Shown: positions 8,879 to 18,700 of the stretch, piece by piece
How the letters are laid out: every line of letters begins with the position of its first letter
Position numbering within the stretch: position 1 is the stretch's first letter
IMG/VR virus record: IMGVR_UViG_3300025138_000029
Length of the DNA: 20,000 nt
Strand: one strand, 5' to 3'
Source: an uncultured virus (IMG/VR IMGVR_UViG_3300025138_000029)
Lineage: Duplodnaviria; Heunggongvirae; Uroviricota; Caudoviricetes
The notes under the pieces: generated by a model
Told to the model about the DNA's origin: nothing
What the model saw: only the letters and a program-made list of their open reading frames with translations
Database searches by the model: none
Program-made: the position numbers and the translations under genes

Positions 8879-9787
8879 ATGGCATTAGGAACATACGGAA
8901 CAGTACGACCAGCAGATATGTCTCCCGAAGATGTGGAGATAATACTGAATTATACTCCTTCAAGAGACGTTACGACAAATTTTGTTTTAACAAAGCTAAA
9001 CGCCGCTGATGTGTTAACACCTTATTTTCATAGTTCAACAACAGGAGGGAACGCAGATGTGGAAATATTAGGAGGTTTATATAATTTAAAATTACCAGCA
9101 GAGGAATTTAATAAAATAGGTATATATACTCTATATATAAGACCTGTAGAGATAAGAACGACTATAACAGATTGTGGTGTGTTATCATCTTTACCAAATG
9201 TAAAAGGGATTATTATAGATTTAAATGCGGTACCACAACAATTTAGAAATAGATTTATTAATCAAGGATTAATAGGTTACCGTATCGAATATTTAAATAG
9301 TGATGGTACTAAAATACCTAACTTCTACAGAGTAGTCACATCTTCTTTTTATTGTGAACCTGTGGTAACTAATTTATCTAATAGCTCTCAAAAAGCCATT
9401 CGTTATAGGTATGTTGATAGTGGTAGTGATTTAATTTTTTGTACGGTTTCACCTTCAAGTGCACCTTCTAACAAAGCAAACGCGACTCCATTTATTGGTC
9501 AACCAAATCAAAATATTGTTATGACCAATACATTTTTTAATCCAATTAGTGTTGATGTTGAATTGGCTGAACACGATATAGATACTTTAGCTATTGCGCT
9601 TTACGGTAACCAAACTAAGAGTATGGAAGATGGTATATATACGATGTATGATAATAGTCTTAATATCTATAAACAATATAACTTATACGAAATCCGTGAT
9701 GAATTCAATAATTTACTTTATGAAGTTCGTCAAGATAGAGATAATAATATTGATTTCAGTAAGAATTTCAACAACATAACTAATTAA
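8879..9787 (+). CDS. Hypothetical phage structural protein (302 aa)
   Basis: Clean ORF starting 5 nt after the previous stop and ending 2 nt before the next start, immediately upstream of the gpI-like wedge gene. No family recognised. Confidence 0.75.
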   Translation: MALGTYGTVRPADMSPEDVEIILNYTPSRDVTTNFVLTKLNAADVLTPYFHSSTTGGNADVEILGGLYNLKLPAEEFNKIGIYTLYIRPVEIRTTITDCGVLSSLPNVKGIIIDLNAVPQQFRNRFINQGLIGYRIEYLNSDGTKIPNFYRVVTSSFYCEPVVTNLSNSSQKAIRYRYVDSGSDLIFCTVSPSSAPSNKANATPFIGQPNQNIVMTNTFFNPISVDVELAEHDIDTLAIALYGNQTKSMEDGIYTMYDNSLNIYKQYNLYEIRDEFNNLLYEVRQDRDNNIDFSKNFNNITN

Positions 9788-9789
9788 TA

Positions 9790-12753
9790 ATGGCAAATAA
9801 TAACAATAAAAAATACTTTTATCCACCCGCACCTCCAAGTGCAGATGAATCCTTTTCCCCCAATTTAGTTGGGTTACAAGTGGTTGATGGTGGTGGATTG
9901 ACTCAGGGTAATTTCGAGTTTAGTACTTCTATTGTTGAAAAAGTTAATAGAACATTTGAGACTGGAGTCTTTAGTAATCCAATATCCTTAGCTGACCTTG
10001 ACGTTGATAGTATTGAAGAGTCCAAGGCAATTGCAATAAAAAATTATAGGGTATATCCTAATTACGATATAAGTCAAGTAACAAATTATGCTTTATATGG
10101 TTCATTACAAAAAAGATTATCATCTTCAATAACAAAAATAATCAATTTTTTTCCTGCATCTATTCAAGTAGATAAAATATTATTAAAGGATTACTCAAGT
10201 GCTAATACCGCTACTAATATATCTTTTAATAGTATTGAGCAAGTTACAACACTAACTATGGATGTTAGTAGATTTACTAATCCTTTTGATATTGATTATT
10301 CAGTTAATGCCGCTAGAAATTTAGAGCTAAGACCTTTCCCTACGAGTCCTTTAAGAGACCTTACTAACACCTATAACAAATACGCATTATATGTGGATAA
10401 TATGGAGACTGAATATCAGTTAGTTAACTTTACACCTTCTACCACATTTTCCGCAGGAACAATAACTTTAAGTGTTATGGGTAATCCGTTTAGCGGTGTT
10501 AGTACGACTAATAGTACTTTAATATTACGACCAAATACATTTCATACTGAATTTGCGTTTCAAGAACCATTTGATGAAGTTGAAGATTTTTTACTTAATA
10601 GATTTAGTAATCCGCCCTATACGGCCTCATTTGATTTAGTAGAAGAAAATGACATGGGTCAATTTATTAAAAGTAAAAAGAAAGTTACTTGGCCAAAAAG
10701 TGGTGTATGGAATTTAGATATAACAAGTGAAAATTTTGATACCTACCTTTTAGAGGTTAGTCAAATATCTGAAGTTTTAGATAGATATAAAACTGACTTA
10801 ATAGTTAGATTTTTAACAACAGGGGCGTTTAAAGATTTTGATACTCAGGATAACAAAGTAGAAAAAGTATTACAAATTTATGGTAGAAGTTTTGATGAAT
10901 CTAAAAAATTTATAGACGCATTATCTTTTATGAATTCAGTTCATTATACCCCTCAAAATGATATACCTTCAGCTCTATTACAGAATTTAGCACAAACTTT
11001 AGGGTGGAATACTAACATATCACCAATCACAAATGAAGATTTCTTAACCTCTATATTCGGTTCTAAAAATAAATCGATATACCCTGGTTTTCAGAATGAC
11101 CCAACACCTAATCAACTTAATTATCAATTTTATAGAAATATAATACTTAACTCGGCTTATCTTTTTAAGTCTAAAGGTACTCGTCACTCAGTTGAGGCGA
11201 TTATGAGAATGGTAGGGGCACCTAAAGATTTAATTGAGTTTAATGAAATTGTTTATGTTGCGGATGGACCGATTAATGTTAAAAGGTTCGAAGGAGAATT
11301 CTTAAAAATATCAGGAGGAACTAAAGTCGATGATGTTCCAGCTTTAGACCCTACAGTAATATATAATATTCAAGGGGTGACCTATACAGGATTTACAACC
11401 TCAACATATGTTACTCAAACTAATGAAGTTAGGGGTGACTATCCTATGAATGACAAGGGATACCCTAAAAGACCAATAGTTAATAATGATTTCTTTTTTG
11501 AAAAGGGTGCGGGGTGGTATATTGAAACTCCTGACCATAGGGCTAATGAAAAGTTAGATGTGAGTAATTCAACTTTTACAGGGGCTAATCCTGATGTTCA
11601 AACAAAATTAGAAACGTTTACTTATGGTCAAAAATATTTTGATAGGTTTAGAGATTTTCCTTACATGAACTTAGGTTTTGGATTAACTAGAACTGTAGAT
11701 AATAATAAATCTTGGGACGATTCGGAAATAGGTCTTAGACGAAATAGAGATGGGGCGTATAACGCCTATTATACCGCGTTTGAAGAGGACTTAGTTTTAA
11801 ATGCCAAAAACGTTGAACTTTATCTTAATATGGCTCAAGGTATAACTTACGATATATGGAGAATGTCAAGAAGATATAATTATCCTTTTCCTTCTTCTGG
11901 TTTAACCGCCCCATATCCTTCACCTTCGGGTAAAGATTGGACAGTTATTAACCCATTACCTAAAGAGAAGACGTTTTTTGAATTTTCACAAACATTTTAT
12001 AATACATTAATAAACGTTAGAAATCGACAAGTTATTAGTGATGGTGCGGCCAATAGTTATCCGACACTTCAATCAATATATTGGAAATATCTACAGTCAG
12101 AATCAGCGGTTAATATACCTTCTAACCAGTATACTTACCAAAAAATGATTGATTTTACTTTAGGTATTGGAGATTATTGGACAAAGTTTGTAGAACAAAT
12201 GATTCCTGCTTCAACAATATGGATGGGTGGTCAAAAAATGGTTAACAATGTTTTACAAAGACAAAAACATGTGTGGAGAAGACAAAGAGGATGTGAAATA
12301 ATACCTGTTGAATGTATACCATGTACTTATAATGGACAGTTATTTGAGGTTGACTGTATTGATGAAACACTAACGTGTGACGTTAATATCAATTCAATTC
12401 CAACTTTATTAAATAGTAGTATTAATAGTTGCGTTGCAAAATCAGGATATACAATTACTGACTGTGTTCAGTCTTCACTTACAAGTAAGTGGTATGTCGA
12501 TGTAAGGTTAGACTCCACAGTATTAGTACAAGAATTATTTTATACGGGGTACGGTAATCAAGACTACCCAACATTTAATCAATGGATTAATGCGTTGAAT
12601 GATAAGTTACAGTATTTATATCAAAACGGTTTGAATTATAATATAGATAATAATAATATTTTAACAGTAAGTAATACTGGATGTGAACCAGAATTTACGA
12701 ATAAAACTTTAACTGTAAATGTTGGAGTAAACATAGAAATTAATTGTAATTAA
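9790..12753 (+). CDS. Baseplate wedge protein, P2 gpI/T4 gp7-like core, with a Cys-rich C-terminal extension (987 aa)
   Basis: DIPSALLQNLAQTLGW followed by YRNIILNSAYLFKSKGTRHSVEAIMRMVG (KSKGT at 11167-11181) matches the Tail_P2_I-type pattern (P..LL..LA...G ... R..I..A......KGT...+E..+...G). All 9 Cys lie in aa 835-986. Confidence 0.7.
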   Translation: MANNNNKKYFYPPAPPSADESFSPNLVGLQVVDGGGLTQGNFEFSTSIVEKVNRTFETGVFSNPISLADLDVDSIEESKAIAIKNYRVYPNYDISQVTNYALYGSLQKRLSSSITKIINFFPASIQVDKILLKDYSSANTATNISFNSIEQVTTLTMDVSRFTNPFDIDYSVNAARNLELRPFPTSPLRDLTNTYNKYALYVDNMETEYQLVNFTPSTTFSAGTITLSVMGNPFSGVSTTNSTLILRPNTFHTEFAFQEPFDEVEDFLLNRFSNPPYTASFDLVEENDMGQFIKSKKKVTWPKSGVWNLDITSENFDTYLLEVSQISEVLDRYKTDLIVRFLTTGAFKDFDTQDNKVEKVLQIYGRSFDESKKFIDALSFMNSVHYTPQNDIPSALLQNLAQTLGWNTNISPITNEDFLTSIFGSKNKSIYPGFQNDPTPNQLNYQFYRNIILNSAYLFKSKGTRHSVEAIMRMVGAPKDLIEFNEIVYVADGPINVKRFEGEFLKISGGTKVDDVPALDPTVIYNIQGVTYTGFTTSTYVTQTNEVRGDYPMNDKGYPKRPIVNNDFFFEKGAGWYIETPDHRANEKLDVSNSTFTGANPDVQTKLETFTYGQKYFDRFRDFPYMNLGFGLTRTVDNNKSWDDSEIGLRRNRDGAYNAYYTAFEEDLVLNAKNVELYLNMAQGITYDIWRMSRRYNYPFPSSGLTAPYPSPSGKDWTVINPLPKEKTFFEFSQTFYNTLINVRNRQVISDGAANSYPTLQSIYWKYLQSESAVNIPSNQYTYQKMIDFTLGIGDYWTKFVEQMIPASTIWMGGQKMVNNVLQRQKHVWRRQRGCEIIPVECIPCTYNGQLFEVDCIDETLTCDVNINSIPTLLNSSINSCVAKSGYTITDCVQSSLTSKWYVDVRLDSTVLVQELFYTGYGNQDYPTFNQWINALNDKLQYLYQNGLNYNIDNNNILTVSNTGCEPEFTNKTLTVNVGVNIEINCN
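12610..12621 (+). promoter_or_regulatory. Possible internal promoter for the 2134-aa gene
   Basis: CAGTATTTATAT is identical to the intergenic 12-mer at 19209-19220. It lies inside the 987-aa CDS, 131 nt upstream of the ATG at 12753. Confidence 0.3.
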
Positions 12754-15700
12754 TGGCGACTTTATATTTTAAATTAGAACAAAGAGCCACTGTTGGGTCA
12801 CCAACTACAGGGTCTACCATTTATATGGCGTGGCCAGACGCTAGCGTACCGTCAGGGTTAAACCGAACTGATACTGTTAATTTTTTATCTACTTACCCCA
12901 ATTCCACATGGTCTTTTAGGTCAAGAACTTGGTTACTAACTAATTTAGGTTCTACACCTATATCTTTTGATACTCAGATGATATCAGGAGAACCTTGGAG
13001 TTCAATTATAGCTAGTATTAATTCCTATGTTGGAAATACATTTAATATAAATACTACATTTTTTGCTAAGAATTATATAACAGTTGAAGGACCAAGCGGC
13101 GAATTTAAATCGCCTAGATTTGCTGATTCATTTTATAGTGCAAGTTCATTTAATGATACATCAAAAAAAATTGGTACAGATACGAATCGTTATGATTCTA
13201 TTATGTTAACAGGACAAACTGATTATACTCATATTACTAATAATGGAGTATCAATATATGATTTTAATAACGCAACCACAATAGTATCCGATTTAATTCA
13301 TAACGGAACCAACACATATTATGACCTTATACCTTATTCTGCAACAGCGGCTAGAACTTATTTTGATGGGTTATATGATGGATGGATTTCAATGTCTGAC
13401 GATTGTTATGGTAATTTATTTACCGGTGTTAACGGAATAATTTATGCGGGTGATATGTACGATAGGTCAGAATCGTATTCATCAAAATGGGGTGGACCAT
13501 GTTTAAGACCTAATAATGTTCAAACACCTTATAGTGGTAATAAGTTAACTGACCCAAATTTAACAGGAAGATTTGATATTGTCTCGACTTGGTATAGTGA
13601 TTGTGTTGATTGCCAAACAAATAATCAATTTAATGACATTTATAAATTTACATCTGATGACAATTGTTCAGGAGTAAGTCAAGGTGTTCAAGTTTTTAGT
13701 GCTAATACTTTAACATGGGGTCTACCACAAGGAGGAGGTAAAGTAACTCCACAATTTGTTAAACTTAAATCAGATTGTTATGGAGGAGAATCTAACGCGG
13801 TTGACCAAGTTGAAATTTCGACCCCATTATTGGGTAATACTATTGCGGGTATATATAATAGTTGTACTGATTGTATTAATAATGTAAATCAAATACCTGA
13901 ATATTATTATTTCTCTGCTTGTTCAGTTAATAAAATTTATAGATATAATGCGGTAGATTTCCTTAATGACTTTGCAACCCCATCTATTAATAATACTTAT
14001 CTCTTTACCGATGTAGGTACTCAACCTAACGGTTGTTATACTCGACTATCATCTCCCGGAAGTGACCCCGTCACAGACATTGTTTATTGGGATAATACCA
14101 TAGCTAGTTTTGTTTCAACATCTACTAAAGATTGTACAGATGCTGTATGTTCATCAGTAACTCCCACTCCCACTCCAACAGTAACCCCAACCCCAACCCC
14201 AACACCGGCAGTAACAACTACACCGGCAGTAACCCCAACACCCGCAGTAACAACTACACCAGCAGTAACAACTACACCAGCAGTAACAACTACACCTGCT
14301 CCAACAGTAGGAGTAACACCCACACCAACGCCTACAGTTACGACTACTCTAACACCAACACCCACTCTAACTTCTACACCTACACCCACCCCATCACCAG
14401 CCGGTTTAGCGGATAAATTAAATAGTTGTGTGGTTACAAGCCAAAGTCAAAAAGTCTTTATTTTTTATGATGGGACATCTTTAGATGAAAGTAGTGCTAG
14501 TACCGCTTCCGAATCTATACGTTCTTGGTATCAAACTAAAGTAACTAATGGAGATTTAACATCAGGTAATTTATACGAAGGTATTATTGGTGAGGATGGA
14601 GATAATGGTGAAAATTGGTTATGGTGGGCATCATATCCGTATTTAGGTTCATTAACAGGGGGTACCTTATCTGATAACACACCAATCAATGAATTTAATA
14701 GTCCTGTAACTAATTCTATATATCAAAGTCAATGGTGTTCTTCTGAAGTTAGTGGAGAATGTGTACCTAAATCAGTACAATTTAACGATGAAAACCAATC
14801 ATCATCTATTTTTAGAAGAATAAATAGAGGTTATCAATTGACAGGGTCATATGGTGTTGACGACTTAAGAAGTAATGGTGTACCTTTTGACCACAATGAT
14901 TTAGATTTTTCATCTACATCTGGTCCAGGTACATTTTCAGGTGATGAAAGTAATTATATTGTAATTTTTGTAATAGACGAATCTGATAGTGCGGTTGGAC
15001 TATATACAGGTAGTTTACAGAAATTTGAACACCTTGTAACTCAACCATTTATGTTAGATGGGACTTATTGGACTAATAATAATCTAAAAGAGTACACAAA
15101 TAGGTACCAATATGATTATGAATCTTATTTAAAAGTTTGGGAAGATATAAAAGACAACAACGGAACGTTAAATGGTTTAATTTACCCTGTGGCGGAGTCA
15201 ACTACTGGACCTACACCTTCTTTTGTGTTACACTCAGTAGCCGCTTCCGAAGGTGATACAATTAGTACTTCAAACTTTTTAACAAATTACGGGCAGAATA
15301 TAACATCAGTAGGTCCGTACAGTTTAAATTTAAGTGCATTAAATACTATTAATCCGTATTCAGGATTAACCACTACAACCGCCTATCAAAATTTATCTCC
15401 AACCAATCAAAATGGTGCTGGTCTTAAACATTTTGGTATTTTAAGTGACCCAACGGTTAATAATTTTACTGAAACTTCAGTTACTAATTCTTTAGACGGG
15501 TTCTTGGTTAATATTGAAACTCCTTTAAATGTGATTTATGTACAAACGGGAGGTAGAGTAAGAAATGAAGTATACAATTTATCTGGAGATTGTTATACTG
15601 TTGAGTCGGTAAGTATTACACCACCAACAACACTAACGTCAGTTACAAATCAAGTGGGTCCATTTAGTACCTGTGAAAATTGTGAGTCTACTGGATGTTT

Positions 15701-18700
15701 TTCAGGACAAACTGATGGGTTTTATACTTACGTTGATTGTTGTGGAGAATTACAACAGGGTAGTCAAGTAGGTTTATCAATTTGTGTGGACACATCTAAA
15801 AACTATAGTGGTATTGCATTAACTGCGGACCAATGTGTGGCTAATTGTAATGAAGGACCACTAAGTTATAGTTTTGATGTTAGTGGTACTTGTACCAACC
15901 CTAAAGGAGGTATTATAATTATTTATCCGTCAGGTGGAACTCAACCATATACAGTTACAAATACTTCAACTACCGCAGCAGGAGGATTATTGTTACCTCA
16001 ACAAACAGGTACAGGTCCATTTTCATATGGTGGTGTTTCAGAAGGAAATTATGTATTTTTACTTCAAGATAGTTCTGGTGGAGTTAATCAAGATATAACA
16101 ATTAATATTAGTGTTGAAGGATGTTTTGTTGCAGAAATTATAGGTGTTACAGGTACAACATGTGGGGATTTTAATTCAGGTTCTTTAACTGTAACTAGTA
16201 ATTCTTTATCCTCTCCTTACCAAATAGACCTTTATAGTAGTTTAGGTTTGGTTCAGTCGGTTAATGTACCTTTACCAACTTTTATATTTACACAATTAAC
16301 ACCTGAAACTTATTATGCTATTGTTACTGATTTTGGAGGAGCAACAGGACAAACAAATAATGGTGTAATTGTTAGTAGTAGCGCATTTACTTATAATTTA
16401 ATAGTTAATGATGATTCGCCGTGTTCAACTCGTACACCCGTTGGTTCCGCTTCTGTAACCAATATTAGTGGAGGTACCGCACCGTTTAGTTATTCTTGGT
16501 CTAATGGACAAACAGGTTCTACTGCAACAGGATTAAATCAGGGTAATTATTCAGTTACGGTTACTGATAATGATGGATGTCGTGTAGTTAATACTTTTAA
16601 TGTTGGATTAGCAGAAAGTTTAGGCGTAGTTTCTTCAGTACCTTCACAAGCGAATTGTTTTACGTGTGATGGTCAAATTGTTTTAACAATATCAGGTGGA
16701 ACCGCACCTTATACCTATCAAGGTAGTTCAGGACAGGTTGATACTACTAATAATTTAAATTATGTGTTTACAGGTCTATGTGGAGGTTCACACAGTACGA
16801 TAATAACTGATGCTGGAGGGTGTAGTATTACTTCAGTACAGAATGTAACTTCTACTGCTGGTTTTAATATTGTTGCAGTTAATGTTACCAATTCAGACTG
16901 TAATAATGATGGGTCAATCACTATTCAGATTAGTGCACCTCAAGGTATATTCACTTATAGTATTACAGATAGTTTAGGTTCAGTTCAATCATTTAGTACG
17001 GCTAACCAAACGCATACATTTAATAATTTGAGTTCTGATACGTATACAGTAACTATCGTAAATAGCCAAGGTAATTGTACTTATACCACACAAGAAACGG
17101 TAAGTAATTCTCAGAAGTATTTAGTTGGTACCACAGTTTATAATGCGATATGTGGAAACAATAATGGAGTCCTTGAAGTATCTCTTAGTGCGGGTACACT
17201 ACCATTATCATTACCTATTGATTATACTGTTACGGATTTAAATACAAGTGGAGTTGTTTATCAATCTATTGATTCACCTTTAACTGGAATTACAGTAGAT
17301 AATTTAGGAGTTGGTACCTATCAGTTATCAGTAAATGATAATGGTAATTGTACTGTTACAGAAACATTTAATATTTCAGGAACAACAGGTGTTAACTTTG
17401 GTATTAACAAAACTGATTGTGTTAATGGTGATGATGGTACTGCAACTATAAGTATATTTGATGGTTTAGCCCCTTTTGTTATAAGTTGGTCTAACGGAGA
17501 TTCAACATCATCTATAAGTGGATTAAGCGGTGGAACGTATGTTGCTACAGTTGTAGACGCTACAGGTTGTACTAAAACAGAATCAGTAGTAATAAATTGT
17601 AATAGCCGAATAGTAACGTGTTATGAATTAAATGAAATTTGTGAGAATGATTTTGTAACAACTTCATCAAATATTAGAGATTTTGAATCAATGTTAAACG
17701 AAGGGTTTAATGATTTGACATCAGGACAAACTGATTGTACTTTAAATACCGCAGTCTTTTATGGTATAATTGATTTATCAGGTGGAACGATGACTCCACC
17801 ATATCATGTTGAAACTGCTTTCTATACTGGTACGACTTTAAATGATTACCCAACAGGACAACAATGGATAGATGCTATTGATAATATATTGTCGGTAATA
17901 CCTCAGATTGAAAGTTTTACCTTAGATTTAGATAATAATCAAATAACTATTGTTTCAGATTGTAAGGAATTAAAAAACGTGTATTTTAGATTAAGTACTA
18001 AAATTGTATACGATATTACGTGTATTGAAATACCAACACCAACACCGACACCAACAAATACTTTAACTCCAACACCTACTCCTACACCAACATCTGTAGT
18101 AGTAATTGATGATGAAACTGAGATTAACGTATTCTTTGATGATTCAGGTTCTATGAATGGTACTGAAACACCATTAAATGTTATGGCGACTACTCTTCTT
18201 AAAAACTGTTTACTACCGTTTTATAACAACGACTCAAACTTATATGATAGTAGAGTAAGAGTCTTAACTATGAATCAAGACTTAGGGTTACTTGAAAGAG
18301 GATACGCTTGTTTAGCAACAACGGGTACTACATCGTCAATTACGAAAGTTATAAACTTAGCATTCCAAGACGAAGCCTCTCCATATGGTTCTGGAGGTGC
18401 GGGTTGGACTATTAATACACCTAGAACTAATACCTTTAATACTGACATAACTACTTTAAGGGATAATATCGATAATAATCCAACTAATTACATTCTTGGT
18501 GAGTATTTTCAAGTGGCGACTCAACCAACAGGTCAGTTTTTGAGATTTAAACAATTATTACAAGCGGTTGAAGGTGGTTTAGGTCAATATACGGGAGTAA
18601 ATGGACTTTCTGATAAAACCGAAATACATAACACCTATGATGTAGTACCAGGAATGGGACAGACCGGAGGTAGTGGTCCTGGAAGTCCACAATATTACAC

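Noticed and set aside
9594..9779. Alternative-frame + ORF (61 aa, Ile-rich) as a possible nested lysis or membrane gene
   Set aside because: No lipobox or clear transmembrane segment and no lysis-gene context; Ile-richness follows from reading AT-rich Asn/Asp/Tyr codons out of frame.
13223..13230. A8 homopolymer, and other A/T runs, as phase-variation sites
   Set aside because: Runs of this length are expected in such AT-rich DNA and the reading frames are intact.
14205..14294. Tandem repeat considered as a CRISPR array
   Set aside because: The units abut with no unique spacers, are a multiple of 3 and encode an in-frame peptide repeat.
14084..14416. ORFs 14084-14389 (-, Gly/Val repeats) and 14132-14416 (+, Ser/Asn repeats)
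   Set aside because: Both are stop-free only because they overlay the Thr-Pro repeat; no slippery site or other evidence for a programmed frameshift was seen.
12538..17891. Diversity-generating retroelement template/variable repeat pair as the explanation for the shared FYTG...DYPT...QWI segment
   Set aside because: The similarity is mainly at protein level, with many non-adenine and synonymous differences, and there is no reverse transcriptase in the window; this is old paralogy.
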